Assembly: GCA_963752285.1 (NCBI GenBank)
Contig: CAVVXN010000005.1
Span: 608,001 to 672,000, forward strand
Origin: an uncultured Planctomycetota bacterium
GTDB taxonomy: Bacteria; Planctomycetota; PLA2; JAEUHO01
Length of the DNA: 64,000 nt
Direction: 5' to 3'
Below the pieces are notes generated by a model. It did not search any database. It had not been told where the DNA came from and worked only from the letters and a program-made list of their open reading frames with translations. A program made the position numbers and the translations under genes. Shown here piece by piece: positions 9,782 to 20,336 of the stretch; the first letter of the stretch is position 1; every line of letters starts with the position of its first letter.

Positions 9782-11185
9782 ATGGCGACGCGTGCGGCGG
9801 CAATTTCGGTCCTCGCGGCGGGCGCCACGTTCGTCGCGTCGTGCGGCCGGGACGCCGTCCCCGTGAAGGAGGCCTGGGCGCTCGCGCGTCGCGCGATCCA
9901 GGACCTCGCCGCGCCCGACCCCGAAGTCCGCGCGCGGGCCGCAGGCGATCTCGTCACGGCCTACCCGGAGGGCGCGTGCGGCGTCCCGCTCCTCGAGCTC
10001 TCGCTCCGGGACGAGGACCCCGGCGTCCGCGCGGCGGCGGACCGAGCCCTCGTCGCGATGGGCGGGCGAGGTGCGGAGACGCTGGTCGCGTTCCTCGCGG
10101 ACGCCGCGCGCCCCGGGGTCCGCGCGCTTCGGGACGCGATCGCCCGGATGGCGAAGCGGGGCGGGACGGTCACGCCCGCCGAGATCGACGCGGTGGCGGG
10201 GCGCGACGCGCGCGCCGTGCTGTGGCTCCTCCAGCCCCGCGGGTTCGACGCCGAGACGGATCGCCGCACGCGCACGATCACGCGCGAGCTCCTGGCGTCC
10301 GAGGCGGGCACCTTCGCCCGCGAGCACGAGGAGATCCCCCCGACGTCGGAGCGGGAGGTCGCGTGCGCGGCGCTCGCGGTGCTCGGGCTCGAGGCCGCCC
10401 CGGGGAGGCGGGGCGCAAAACGTCCCGAGGGCCTCGCGGCGCTCCGCTCGGGTGCCGGAGCCGACCTCCGCGCGGTCGTGGAGGACCTCGCAGGCGTGCT
10501 CGAACCACCCGCGCCTTCGCCCGGAGGTCGGTCGCTCGCGTCCCGTCCGGTGGAGGAGCTCGTCGCGGCGCTCCCCGACCCGGAGCGGATGGTCACCGGG
10601 AGCGACGTGTTCCTCGTGCGCCGCGAGATCGGCGAGCTCGCCGCGCGCGGGCCCGCCGCCCGCGCGGCCGTCCCGCGGCTCCAGGCGCTCCTCCACCGCC
10701 TGGGCGACCCCGACGTGGGGCGTCCCAGCGACCGGTACATGGTGGCGACCGCGCTCGGCCGCATCGGCGGTCCGACACACGACCTGGTCGCCCTCTTCGA
10801 GCAGGGCCTCCGGGGCGAGCCCGGTCGTCTCGACGAGGACGAGCTCCTCTCCTTCAGGGCGGCGCTCGGCCCCGCGGCGTCGGGCGCCGCGCCCGCCCTC
10901 GCGCGGCGCTACGTCGTGGCCGTGTCCGCGCTCGAGGAGGCGGGCGCGGCGCCTCGGTCGGGTCCCGAGGATTCCGGCACCCGGTCGCGCCGCTACGCCG
11001 CGCTGCTCCAGCGCCCGGAGGAGGTGCCGGAGCTGCTCGTGCGACCCCGGCGCCTGGCCGAGGTCTTGGCGGCGGTCGCGCCACGCCCCGCCGCCGTTCG
11101 AGGTCCGCTCGACCCGCTCGCGACGAGCGAGGACCCGGAGGTCCGCGCGGAGGTCGCCGCCCTCCTCCGGCGCGTGCGCCCGTAG
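9782..11185 (+). CDS. HEAT-repeat lipoprotein
   Basis: Lipobox-like FVASC. Repeats DPEVRARAAGDL, DEDPGVRAAADRAL, EDPEVRAEVAALL. Confidence 0.7.
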   Translation: MATRAAAISVLAAGATFVASCGRDAVPVKEAWALARRAIQDLAAPDPEVRARAAGDLVTAYPEGACGVPLLELSLRDEDPGVRAAADRALVAMGGRGAETLVAFLADAARPGVRALRDAIARMAKRGGTVTPAEIDAVAGRDARAVLWLLQPRGFDAETDRRTRTITRELLASEAGTFAREHEEIPPTSEREVACAALAVLGLEAAPGRRGAKRPEGLAALRSGAGADLRAVVEDLAGVLEPPAPSPGGRSLASRPVEELVAALPDPERMVTGSDVFLVRREIGELAARGPAARAAVPRLQALLHRLGDPDVGRPSDRYMVATALGRIGGPTHDLVALFEQGLRGEPGRLDEDELLSFRAALGPAASGAAPALARRYVVAVSALEEAGAAPRSGPEDSGTRSRRYAALLQRPEEVPELLVRPRRLAEVLAAVAPRPAAVRGPLDPLATSEDPEVRAEVAALLRRVRP

Positions 11186-11507
11186 CGCCGCGGCCCAGGA
11201 CGGCGTGAGGGCGAGTGGAAAGGGTGACAGTCGTTCGCGGACGGGCCCTTCGCCCGCACGACCCACGAACCTTCGTGAATCACGCGGCCCTGCGCACGCC
11301 AGAACCCCGATGGCGGCGTTGTTCGTCGTCGGCGACCCCCAAATCACAATCATGGACGGGGGGAAGCCTCCTCCTCTCGCCTCGCCCTCGGGGCCCTGGC
11401 GCACGCAGGACACCCTGTCGGCGAAGCCGTGATCGCCCAGTGGTCGCAACTCGAGCTTCCACCGACGCTTCCGTCGAACACGTCGCGTGCTTCGTGGGTG
11501 GTCCGGG

Positions 11508-11918
11508 CTAGGCCGGCGACGGCTCCGCGAGGCTCACCCGCACGGCCTTCGTCGCGGCGAGCGAGCCGTTCACGATGAGGTGGAACTCGTACGTTCCCGC
11601 GCTCGGCAGACGTATGCCCCGGAGCTGTGCGGAGAGCTCGGTGACCTGAAGCGGGCCCGGGATGTCGATCGCGGGCGGCGTGCCCCGTCCGAGCACCTGC
11701 CCGCCGCCGACGTCCACGAGCGCGATCTCGAAGCTGTAGCGTCCGTGCGCGTCGGTCAGGTTCGCGTAGATCCAGAGCTCGGGGTGCACGGTCGGAAAGC
11801 GGCCGGCCTTGATCTCGTGGAAGACCCCGATCAACGACTTCTTGCCCGTTTGGGCGTCTTGGATCACCTGGTCGCAGACGAGGAAGGCCTTCACCACCGG
11901 GAGAGGAGGGGTCGTCAT
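11508..11918 (-). CDS. DUF6941-like beta-sandwich protein
   Basis: AFLVCDQVIQDAQTGKKSLIGVF...LPSAGTYEFHLIVNG pattern; clean GC3 bias. Confidence 0.75.
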   Translation of the reverse strand: MTTPPLPVVKAFLVCDQVIQDAQTGKKSLIGVFHEIKAGRFPTVHPELWIYANLTDAHGRYSFEIALVDVGGGQVLGRGTPPAIDIPGPLQVTELSAQLRGIRLPSAGTYEFHLIVNGSLAATKAVRVSLAEPSPA

Positions 11919-11945
11919 GGGCTCCGGGACGCGAAGGGGCGAAGG

Positions 11946-12022
11946 TGGTGGGCGCAAGAGGACTCGAACCTCTGACCTCGTGCGTGTGAAGCACGCGCTC
12001 TAACCAACTGAGCTATGCGCCC
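11946..12022 (-). tRNA. tRNA-Val(CAC), CCA encoded
   Basis: Reverse complement GGGCGCATAGCTCAGTTGGTTAGAGCGCGTGCTTCACACGCACGAGGTCAGAGGTTCGAGTCCTCTTGCGCCCACCA folds as a cloverleaf; anticodon loop TTCACAC. Confidence 0.97.
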
Positions 12023-12067
12023 TGGGGGCCGACGGACCCGACGATGCGCCCTCCGACTGGGGGGCGG

Positions 12068-12096
12068 AGCCTAGCACCCACGCCCGCCGGCGCCAA
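12068..12096 (-). promoter_or_regulatory. sigma70-like promoter of tRNA-Val
   Basis: Minus strand TTGGCG (12096-12091), 17 bp, TAGGCT (12073-12068), with an extended -10 TG. Confidence 0.55.
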
Positions 12097-12203
12097 GCCG
12101 GCCGCGCGGTCTGGCGCGGGTGGCGGGGTGGGCGGTTCGTGGCTACGCTGGCGGGTGCCGCGGCGGCCGGATCACCGCCGTCGGCGGCGTCTCGGAGGCC
12201 CGC

Positions 12204-12410
12204 ATGGACCCGCGGCTCGAACAGGAGCTCCGCGAGCTCACGGAGATCGCCGCCCGCGTGATCGAGGCGGGGCGCGCGCCGAGTGCGGAGGAGCGCCGGC
12301 GCTTCCTCGACCTCAAGCAGCGGTTGGACGACCAGCCGCCCACGTGGCGCGACCGGCTGCGCGACGAGATCGACCGCTTCGCCGCCACGCTCGAGGGCAT
12401 CGGCATCTGA
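12204..12410 (+). CDS. Small helical protein, DUF4404-like
   Basis: 68 aa, GGAGG SD, ends ...IDRFAATLEGIGI as DUF4404-type proteins do. Confidence 0.6.
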   Translation: MDPRLEQELRELTEIAARVIEAGRAPSAEERRRFLDLKQRLDDQPPTWRDRLRDEIDRFAATLEGIGI

Positions 12411-12507
12411 CGACGTCGCGGCCGCGCGCGGTCCGTCGCCCCGACCCCCGTGCGAGGATCCGCGCGTGGGCCGGCCCGAATGCGACCCGAGGGCGAAGGG
12501 ACCGCGC

Positions 12508-13908
12508 GTGAACGTCGTCTACCAGCCGTACGGCGCCGCGCGGACGGTGACCGGGAGCCGGCACCTGATCCGCGTGGGGAAGCGATCGATCCTCCTCGAC
12601 TGCGGGCTCTTCCAGGGCCCCCGCCGCGAGGCGGACGAGAAGAACCGCCACCTGCCGCTCCCGCCCGACGTGCGCTCGGTCGTCCTCTCGCACGCGCACA
12701 TCGACCACAGCGGCGCGATCCCCGCGCTCGTGCGCGGCGGGTACCCCGGCGAGATCCACGCGACGCCGGCGACCCGCGACCTCGCGCGCGCGCTCCTGGA
12801 GGACGTGGCGCACCTGAACGTGGCCGACGCCGCGTACCTGAACCGCCACCTCGCGAAGGGCGAACACGAGGTCCGGCCCCTCTACGTGCCCGACGACGTC
12901 CACCGCGCCCTGAAGCGGTTCAAGGTGCACCCCCTCGGCCGGACGTTCTCGCCGATCCCCGGCGTCCGGGCCACCTTCCGGGAGGCGGGGCACATCCTGG
13001 GCTCCGCGGGCATCCTGCTGGAGGTCAAGGACGGGCCGCGCATCTACTTCACGGGCGACCTCGGCCGCCGTGCGTACCCCATCCTCGACGATCCGTCGCC
13101 GCTCCCGCGCGCCGACGTGATCCTCTCGGAGTGCACGTACGGGACGCGCGACCACCCGCCCATGGAGGACGCCGAGGGCACCATCCAGGCGGTGCTCCAA
13201 CGCGCGGTAGAGACCGGCGGCAAGGTGTTCGTGCCGGCGTTCAGCGTGGGCCGCACGCAGAACCTCGTGTACGGGCTCGCGCGCCTGCGTGCCCGCGGCG
13301 CCGTGCCCGAGCTGCCCGTGTTCGTGGACTCGCCCCTCGCCGAGAAGGCCACGGCGGCGTTCGTCGCGCACCCGGAGCTCTGGGACGCCGACGTGCAGGC
13401 CTTCGTCGGCTCGGGTGGCGACGCCTTCCACCCCGTGGGCGTGCGCTACCTCGAGGGCGTCGAGGAGTCGAAGGCTCTGAACGACGCGCCCGGGCCCTTC
13501 GTCGTCATCGCCGGGTCCGGGATGTGCGAAGGAGGACGGATCGTCCACCATCTGCTCCACGGCCTCGAGGACCCCCGGAACGCGGTCGTGTTCGTCGGGT
13601 ACGCCGCGCACGGCACGCTCGCCCGGCGCCTCGTCGAGGGCGACAAGCGCGTGCGCGTCCTGGGACAGTGGCGCGACGTCCGCGCGAAGGTGTCGCGCAT
13701 CGACGCGTTCTCCGCGCACGCCGACCGGACGGACCTCCTTCACTTCCTCGCGCCTGCGCGCGCGTGGGGCTCGGAGATCTACCTGGTCCACGGCGACGAA
13801 GACGTGTGCCTCGAGTTCGCGGAACGCCTTCGCGCCGAGGGCCACGAGCGCGTCGTGGTCCCGGAGCCCTACGCCTCGTACCCGCTCGGCGCCGCGGTAC
13901 CGGCCTGA
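12508..13908 (+). CDS. MBL-fold beta-CASP ribonuclease (TTHA0252/Ysh1-like)
   Basis: VTGS, LLDCGLFQG, SHAHIDHSG, AGHILGS, FTGDLG, ECTYG, PAFSVGRTQ, GMCEGGR, FSAHAD, LVHGD. Confidence 0.92.
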   Translation: MNVVYQPYGAARTVTGSRHLIRVGKRSILLDCGLFQGPRREADEKNRHLPLPPDVRSVVLSHAHIDHSGAIPALVRGGYPGEIHATPATRDLARALLEDVAHLNVADAAYLNRHLAKGEHEVRPLYVPDDVHRALKRFKVHPLGRTFSPIPGVRATFREAGHILGSAGILLEVKDGPRIYFTGDLGRRAYPILDDPSPLPRADVILSECTYGTRDHPPMEDAEGTIQAVLQRAVETGGKVFVPAFSVGRTQNLVYGLARLRARGAVPELPVFVDSPLAEKATAAFVAHPELWDADVQAFVGSGGDAFHPVGVRYLEGVEESKALNDAPGPFVVIAGSGMCEGGRIVHHLLHGLEDPRNAVVFVGYAAHGTLARRLVEGDKRVRVLGQWRDVRAKVSRIDAFSAHADRTDLLHFLAPARAWGSEIYLVHGDEDVCLEFAERLRAEGHERVVVPEPYASYPLGAAVPA

Positions 13909-13957
13909 AGGCCCGGCGCGCGCTCGCGGCCTGGCCCGCCGCGGTAGGATCTCCTTC

Positions 13958-16402
13958 GTGACCGCCATGCCCTCCGACGACGAGCAACGGCGGGCGCCTC
14001 GAGGCCGTCGGCGCGCCGCGCCGAAGACGCGTCCGGTCGTTCCCCTCCGTGGGATGATCCCGCTGCCGGGCGTTCCCATGCCCCTCGCGATCGGCCGTCC
14101 GTTCTCGCTCGCGGCCGTACGGGCCGCGGAGGCCGAGGGCGGCGAGGTCGTCCTCCTGATGCAGAAGGACCCGGACGACGACGAGCCGGCGACGGACGCG
14201 CTCTACCGGGTGGGGGTGACGGCGCGGCTCACGAAGTCCGTGCGTACGGGCGAGGCGTCCATCACGCTCGTCGCGCAGCCCATGGACCGCGCGCGCGTCA
14301 CGCGGCTCGACCACGCGGGCGACATGTACGCCGCCGCCATCGAGATCGTCCCGCCGATGCACGCGGTCCCCGGTGTCGAGATCGACGCCCTCCTCCAGAC
14401 GGTCCGACACCTGGTCCGCGAGATCGTCGCCGCACAGCCGGGCGGCAACGCCGAGCTCGCGGCGCTCGTGGACTCCATCGCCGACCCGGGGACCCTCGCC
14501 GACGTGGTGGCGAGCCAGCTCCAGTTCACGTCCGCCGAGCGCCAGCTCGTTCTCGAGACGTTCGACGTGAAGGAGCGCCTGGCGGAGATCGTGAAGCTGG
14601 CCGGGCGCGCGCTGGAGGTGGCCGAGCTCGGGCGCAAGATCCAGCAGGAGGTCTCGGGGCAGCTCGAGGAGGCCCGACGCCAGGTCTGGCTCCGCGAGCA
14701 GATGAAGGCGATCCGCAAGGAGATGGGCGACGAGGACGACCCCGACGTCGCCCGCCTCCGCGAGCAGGTCGCGTCCGGCGTCCTGGCGAAGGAAGCGCGC
14801 GAGGTGGCCGAGCGCGAGCTGAGGCGCCTCGAGACGATGCCCGCCGGCTCGCCGGAACGCGGCTGGATCGTCTCGTATCTCGACTGGCTCGTCGCGCTTC
14901 CGTGGCTGGCCGTGCGGCCGGAGCGAACCGACCTCGACGAGGCGGCCGCGATCCTCGACCGCGAGCACTACGGGATGGAGCAGGCGAAGGAGCGGATCCT
15001 CGAGACGCTCGCGGTGCGCCTCTGCAATCCCGAGGGGCGCGCGCCGATCCTCTGCTTCCTCGGCCCCCCGGGGACGGGCAAGACGAGCCTTGCGCAGGCC
15101 GTCGCCGACGCGACGGGCCGCGCGTTGGTTCGCATCTCGGTCGGTGGGGTGTCGGACGAGAGCGAGATCCGCGGGCACCGTAGGACGTACGTCGCCGCGA
15201 TGCCGGGTCGCATCCTCGCCGCGATGCGCAAGGCGGGCTCGAAGAACCCCGTGTTCGTCGTGGACGAGATCGACAAGATGTCGGCGTCGTTCCACGGCGA
15301 CCCGGCCGCCGCGCTCCTGGAGGTCCTCGACCCCGAGCAGAACGTCAGCTTCGTGGACCGGTACGTCGAGATCCCGTTCGACCTCTCCCAGGTCCTCTTC
15401 ATCACGACCGCGAACTCGCTCGCGCCCCTGCCGCGTCCGCTGCTCGACCGCCTCGAGGTGATCGAGGTCCCGGGCTACACCGAGGAGGAGAAGATCGAGA
15501 TCGCGCTGCGCCACCTCGTGCCACGCCAGCTCAAGGCCGTCGGGCTCGCGGCGCGCGTCGTGAAGATCTCGCGCCGGGTCGTTCGCGCCGTGGTCCGCGG
15601 CTGGACCCGCGAGGCCGGGGTGCGGAACCTCGAGCGGAGGCTCGGCACGATCTTCCGAAAGCTCGCGCTCCGCGCGGTCCGCGGCGAGAAGGGACCCTGG
15701 CGCGTGGCGGAAGCGGACCTCGGCACGTACCTCGGCCCGCAGCGGCACCAGCACGACGCGGTGGAGCGCGTCGCGGTCCCGGGCGTCGCGATGGGGCTCG
15801 CCTGGACGCCCGTGGGGGGCGAGATCCTCTTCCTCGAGGCCGCGAAAGCCCCGGGCGGCCGCGGCGAGCTGAAGCTCACGGGCAGCCTCGGCGACGTGAT
15901 GAAGGAGTCGGCGATCGCCGCGCTGACGTACCTGAAGAGCCGCGGCGTGCTCGGTACGGGCGCGCCGGCCGATGACTACCACGTCCACGTCCCGGCGGGC
16001 GCGGTGCCGAAGGACGGCCCGAGCGCCGGGCTCGCGATGGTCGTGGCGCTGGCGAGCGTCGTGACGGGGCGTACCGCGAGGAACGACACGGCGATGACGG
16101 GCGAGATCACGCTCCGCGGACAGGTCCTTCCGGTGGGGGGCATTCGCGACAAGGTGCTCGGCGCCGCGCGCGCCGGCATCCGGCGCGTCATCCTGCCCCG
16201 GCGGAACGAGGTGGACCTGGACGAGGTGCCCGACGAGGTGCGCCGGCGGCTGGAGTTCCACCTCGTGGACCGCGTGGACGAGGCCATCGAGCTCGCCCTC
16301 GAGACGCGCGGGCGGCGACGGACGGCGGCGCCGAGCCGGGCGCGTCGCGGCCGCGCCGACCAGGGACGTCGCGCCGCGCGCGGGTCGTCCCCGGAGGCGT
16401 AG
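13958..16402 (+). CDS. lon: ATP-dependent Lon protease
   Basis: LON N-domain, Walker A GPPGTGKTS, IRGHRRTYV, DEIDK, PKDGPSAG catalytic Ser, PVGGIRDK catalytic Lys. Confidence 0.96.
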   Translation: MTAMPSDDEQRRAPRGRRRAAPKTRPVVPLRGMIPLPGVPMPLAIGRPFSLAAVRAAEAEGGEVVLLMQKDPDDDEPATDALYRVGVTARLTKSVRTGEASITLVAQPMDRARVTRLDHAGDMYAAAIEIVPPMHAVPGVEIDALLQTVRHLVREIVAAQPGGNAELAALVDSIADPGTLADVVASQLQFTSAERQLVLETFDVKERLAEIVKLAGRALEVAELGRKIQQEVSGQLEEARRQVWLREQMKAIRKEMGDEDDPDVARLREQVASGVLAKEAREVAERELRRLETMPAGSPERGWIVSYLDWLVALPWLAVRPERTDLDEAAAILDREHYGMEQAKERILETLAVRLCNPEGRAPILCFLGPPGTGKTSLAQAVADATGRALVRISVGGVSDESEIRGHRRTYVAAMPGRILAAMRKAGSKNPVFVVDEIDKMSASFHGDPAAALLEVLDPEQNVSFVDRYVEIPFDLSQVLFITTANSLAPLPRPLLDRLEVIEVPGYTEEEKIEIALRHLVPRQLKAVGLAARVVKISRRVVRAVVRGWTREAGVRNLERRLGTIFRKLALRAVRGEKGPWRVAEADLGTYLGPQRHQHDAVERVAVPGVAMGLAWTPVGGEILFLEAAKAPGGRGELKLTGSLGDVMKESAIAALTYLKSRGVLGTGAPADDYHVHVPAGAVPKDGPSAGLAMVVALASVVTGRTARNDTAMTGEITLRGQVLPVGGIRDKVLGAARAGIRRVILPRRNEVDLDEVPDEVRRRLEFHLVDRVDEAIELALETRGRRRTAAPSRARRGRADQGRRAARGSSPEA

Positions 16403-16407
16403 CGTCC

Positions 16408-18480
16408 ATGGCTCCCCTCGGCTCCCTCCTCCGGGCTCTCGGTCTCCTGGTCCTCGCGCTCGCCGCGGGCGACGCCGTGCGCCTCGCGCTGCCCGATCGG
16501 GCGCCCGCCCCCGCGGCCGACGCGCGGACCCACGCGCGCGCGATCGTGATCGGGCTCGACGGCGTCGATCCCGTGTGGCTCGAGCGCTACGTGAAGGAAG
16601 ACCTGAGGCGACCGGAGCCCGAACGACGGCTCCCCGCGTTCGAGCGCCTGATTCGGATCTCGGGGCTCCACCGCCTCCGTTCCGAGATCCCCCCCGAGTC
16701 GCCCGTCGCGTGGTCGAGCCTGATGACGGGGGTGGACCCGGGCCGTCATCGGATCACCGACTTCGTGCGGCCGTCGCGGAGCTACCGGCCGGAGAACGGC
16801 ATGGTGGACGTGCGTCGGATGCGCCTCCTCGGCGGCAGGCTGGTCCTCCGTCCGCCGATCGCCGCGGCGCGTCTCGCGTACCCGACGTTCCTCGAACGCG
16901 TCGCTGCCGCGGGATATCCCGTGCTCGCGATCCGCCAGCCGGGGCTCTTCCCCGCGAAGGCCGTTCCGGGGGCGCACCTCCTCTCGGGCCTCGGGACCCC
17001 CGACCTCGCCGGCGGCCCGGGCTACTACGCCGTCTGGTCTTCGCGCGCGGGATTCCCGTCAGGCGACACGACCTTCGGCGGGACCCAGATCCCCCTCGAC
17101 CCGGAGGAGACGCGGGCCTGGGACACGACGCTGCCGGGACCCGTGGACCCCTCGCTCCCGCGCGGGCGCGGCGGCACGCTCTCGCGCGCGACCGCGCCGC
17201 TGCACCTCGAGGTTGTGGAGGGCGATCCTCCGGCCGTCGCGATCCGACTCGCGGACCGGACGGAGGTGGTGCCCCTCGGCGGGCGGAGCTCGTTCTTCGT
17301 CGTTCCGTTCGAGCTCGACACGGTGCCCCACATCCACCTTCGCGGGCACGTGCGGTTCGAGGTGAAGCAGGTCGATCCGCTGATGGTGCTGGCCGACCCG
17401 GTCAACATCTACGCGCCCGACCCCGTGATGGCCCTCACCACCCCGAAGGCGTGGAGCGAGGAGCTGTGGGAGGAGTACGGCCCGTTCGAGACCGTGGGCT
17501 GGACCGAGCAGACCTTCGCGCTGAACGACGAGTACCAGGACGACGAGGGCTTCCTCCGCGACCTCCTGGCCGACATGGACCAGGGCGAGAAGATGCTCCT
17601 CGGCGAGCTCGAGCGCGGCGACGCGTGCGTGTTCCAGGTCTTCACGGCGACGGACCGCGCGCTCCACTGCTTCTACCGCTACTACGACCCGGAGCACCCC
17701 GCCTACGTGAAGGGGAAGGTCGAGGCGCTCGGCGACCCGATGCTCCGGGTCTACACGAGGGCCGACCGCGTGCTCGGCGACGTGATGGCGCGCCTCGGAC
17801 CGAACGACCTCCTGATCGTCGCGTCCGACCACGGGTTCCAGACGTGGCGCTGGCAGGTCAACCTGAACCGCTGGCTCGTGGACGAAGGGTACATGGTGCT
17901 CAAACGGAGCACGGCCGAGCAGAACCTCGCCAAGTTCGGGCTCGAGGGCGACACCGGCGCCGACGCCGTGGACTGGCCGAGGACGCGCGCCTTCGCCATG
18001 GGGCTCGGGCAGATCTTCCTGAACGTCCGGGGCCGCGAGTCCGAGGGGATCGTGTCCTCCGGGGAGGCACCCGCGCTGGCGCGGGAGATCCGCGAGAAGC
18101 TCTTGCGGGTCCGCGACCCGCGGCACCCGGAGAACCGCCCGATCCGCGAGGTCTACCTGCTCCACGAGGTCTACCACGGGCCGTACGTGAACGAGGCGGC
18201 CGACCTCCAGGTCGGCTTCGACGTGGGCTACCGCGTGGCGTGGCAGACCGCGCTCCTCGGCGACATGTCGCAACCGCTCTTCGTGGACAACAAGAAGCCC
18301 TGGTCGGGCGACCACTGCAGCACCGACGTCAGCGTGGTACCGGGCATCCTGCTGCTCGACCGTCCGCTCGCGCCGGCGCCGCCCGATCGTCCGTACCGGG
18401 TGCACGACGTGGCCGCGACGGTGCTCGACTTCTTCGGGCTCGACACGAGCGACCTCGAAGGCCGTCCGCTCCCGCGTTGA
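16408..18480 (+). CDS. Alkaline phosphatase superfamily / type I phosphodiesterase-nucleotide pyrophosphatase
   Basis: IVIGLDG, PESPVAWSSLMTGVDPGRH, TDRALH, VASDHGF, WSGDH, VHDVAATVL. Confidence 0.88.
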   Translation: MAPLGSLLRALGLLVLALAAGDAVRLALPDRAPAPAADARTHARAIVIGLDGVDPVWLERYVKEDLRRPEPERRLPAFERLIRISGLHRLRSEIPPESPVAWSSLMTGVDPGRHRITDFVRPSRSYRPENGMVDVRRMRLLGGRLVLRPPIAAARLAYPTFLERVAAAGYPVLAIRQPGLFPAKAVPGAHLLSGLGTPDLAGGPGYYAVWSSRAGFPSGDTTFGGTQIPLDPEETRAWDTTLPGPVDPSLPRGRGGTLSRATAPLHLEVVEGDPPAVAIRLADRTEVVPLGGRSSFFVVPFELDTVPHIHLRGHVRFEVKQVDPLMVLADPVNIYAPDPVMALTTPKAWSEELWEEYGPFETVGWTEQTFALNDEYQDDEGFLRDLLADMDQGEKMLLGELERGDACVFQVFTATDRALHCFYRYYDPEHPAYVKGKVEALGDPMLRVYTRADRVLGDVMARLGPNDLLIVASDHGFQTWRWQVNLNRWLVDEGYMVLKRSTAEQNLAKFGLEGDTGADAVDWPRTRAFAMGLGQIFLNVRGRESEGIVSSGEAPALAREIREKLLRVRDPRHPENRPIREVYLLHEVYHGPYVNEAADLQVGFDVGYRVAWQTALLGDMSQPLFVDNKKPWSGDHCSTDVSVVPGILLLDRPLAPAPPDRPYRVHDVAATVLDFFGLDTSDLEGRPLPR

Positions 18481-18487
18481 GCTGCGA

Positions 18488-19384
18488 CTAGTCGAGGTCG
18501 CGGAGCTTCTCGTAGAGCGCGCGCGCCTCGGGCGTCGGGTCCTTCGGCACCGTCACGACGACGCGCGCGAGGTGGTCGCCGCCGCGGATCCCCTGGCCGC
18601 GCAGGCGCAGCACCGTCCCGCTCGACGTGCCCGGCGGGACCGTTACCGTGCCGACCTTCCCCCCGAGCGTCCGAACTTCCACCTTCCCGCCCAGCACCGC
18701 GACGGGCGCGGAGACCGCGAGGTCCGCCTCGACGTCGTGGCCCGAGAGACGGAACGTGGGGTCGGGGTCCACGTGCACCCGGAGGAACAGGTCGCCCGGC
18801 GGGCCCCCGCCGGGACCGGGCTCGCCCTGGCCGCGGAGCCGGAGCGTCGCGCCCTCCACCGTGCCCTCCGGCACGCGGATCGAGAGCGTGCGCGTGCCCG
18901 TCGAACCGTGGAGCGTCACCTCGATCTTGTCACCGAGCGCGGCGGCGCGAAACGGAACGCGCACCGAGGCCTCCACGTCCTGGCCGCGGCCCCGACGCGC
19001 GACGCGCGGTCCACCGCGGCGGCCGAACGGCGAGAAGCCCTCGGCTCCGCCGTCCCCGCCGAAGAGGTCCCCGAAGAGGAAGCCGAATCGCCGCAGGATC
19101 TCGTCGGTGGAGATCGACTCGTACCCCGGAAAGCCCCCATCGCCCATGCCCTCGGGCGGGAATCCCGTGTGGAGCTGCTGGTCGTACTGCGCGCGCTGCC
19201 CGGGGTCGGAGAGCACGGCATAGGCCCGGCCGAGCTCCTTGAACTTCTCCTCCGCCTGCTGGTCGCCCGGGTTCTTGTCGGGGTGGTACTTGACGGCGAG
19301 CTTGCGGTACGCCGCCTGGATCTCCTCCTGGGTGGCGTTCTCCCCGACGCCGAGGACCTCGTAGAAGCTCTTGGATTGGGGCAC
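18488..19384 (-). CDS. Class B J-domain chaperone (DnaJ/CbpA-like, no zinc finger)
   Basis: FYEVLGV...KYHPDKNP J domain, G/F-rich linker, DnaJ_C (LRLRGQG...PGDL). GTG start. Confidence 0.92.
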   Translation of the reverse strand: MPQSKSFYEVLGVGENATQEEIQAAYRKLAVKYHPDKNPGDQQAEEKFKELGRAYAVLSDPGQRAQYDQQLHTGFPPEGMGDGGFPGYESISTDEILRRFGFLFGDLFGGDGGAEGFSPFGRRGGPRVARRGRGQDVEASVRVPFRAAALGDKIEVTLHGSTGTRTLSIRVPEGTVEGATLRLRGQGEPGPGGGPPGDLFLRVHVDPDPTFRLSGHDVEADLAVSAPVAVLGGKVEVRTLGGKVGTVTVPPGTSSGTVLRLRGQGIRGGDHLARVVVTVPKDPTPEARALYEKLRDLD

Positions 19385-19487
19385 GTTGCCGTTCCGATCG
19401 CCGGGCCCGACGCCGGGCGGAGCCGGTCAAGGTACCGGCCGAGCGCCCTTCGTCCACGGCCCGCGCCGCGGAGGCTACCTTGGGCCG

Positions 19488-20327
19488 GTGCCTTCTCCCC
19501 GTGACCCGGCCCCGTCGGCTCCTGGCGCGCCCGGCGCGGCGCCGAAGGTACGGGACGTGGGGGAGATGGCGCCGCCGGTCACCGTGATCGGCGACCTCCA
19601 CCTCACGGCGGAGCACCCGGGGACACGCGACGACCTCTTCGACCTGCTGCGCGCGATCGCGCCGGCCGGGGGCACCCTCGTGATCCTCGGCGACCTCTTC
19701 GACTTCTGGGTCGGCCGGGGGCAGGCGAAGACGCCGTTCGCCCGCGGCGTCACGGAAAGGCTGGCGGCGGCCCAGGCGGAGGGGCTCCGTCTCGTGTTCC
19801 TCGCCGGAAACCGCGACTTCGCGTTCGACGGAGCGCCGGGTCTCGCGCTCGCGTGCTGGCCCGACGTCGTGCGCGCGCGCTGGGGAGACACGACCGTCGT
19901 GATGAGCCACGGCGACCTCCTCTGCACGGCCGACACCTCGTACCTCGCGATGCGCCGGGTGCTGAGGCTCCCGCCGGTCGTCTGGGGCCTGCGGCGCGGG
20001 CCGTATCGCGTGACCGTGACCCTCGCGCAGGCGCTCCGTGCGGTCTCCGAGCGCCACGGTCGCCGGAGCACGGGGGCGCTCCTCGGCATCGACTACGGGC
20101 GGGCGCGGGCGTGGCTCGACGGGCTCGACGCCGACCTCCTCGTGCTCGGCCACGTGCACACGGGCGTCCACCACCGTCTCGACGGCCCGCGCCCGCGCGA
20201 CGTGATGGTGCTCCGCGACTGGGACCGCCGGCCGAGCGCGGTGGTCTACGACGGCGGGGTGCCGCGCCTCGTCGGACTGGACCGCGCGCCCCGCGGCGCG
20301 CTACGCGCCGCCGGCGCCCCGACGTAG
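19488..20327 (+). CDS. lpxH: UDP-2,3-diacylglucosamine hydrolase (LpxH-like metallophosphoesterase)
   Basis: GDLHL, LGDLFDFWVG, GNRDF, HGDLLCTAD.Y, GHVH. Start is GTG 19488 (leaderless) or ATG 19566. Confidence 0.85.
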   Translation: MPSPRDPAPSAPGAPGAAPKVRDVGEMAPPVTVIGDLHLTAEHPGTRDDLFDLLRAIAPAGGTLVILGDLFDFWVGRGQAKTPFARGVTERLAAAQAEGLRLVFLAGNRDFAFDGAPGLALACWPDVVRARWGDTTVVMSHGDLLCTADTSYLAMRRVLRLPPVVWGLRRGPYRVTVTLAQALRAVSERHGRRSTGALLGIDYGRARAWLDGLDADLLVLGHVHTGVHHRLDGPRPRDVMVLRDWDRRPSAVVYDGGVPRLVGLDRAPRGALRAAGAPT

Positions 20328-20336
20328 GATCCGCGC

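Noticed and set aside
12508..19384. beta-CASP nuclease, Lon, phosphodiesterase and DnaJ as a defence or stress system (e.g. BREX-like BrxL/PglZ)
   Set aside because: Lon is a canonical LonA with an N-domain and the phosphodiesterase has an export signal; no methyltransferase or BrxC ATPase is present.
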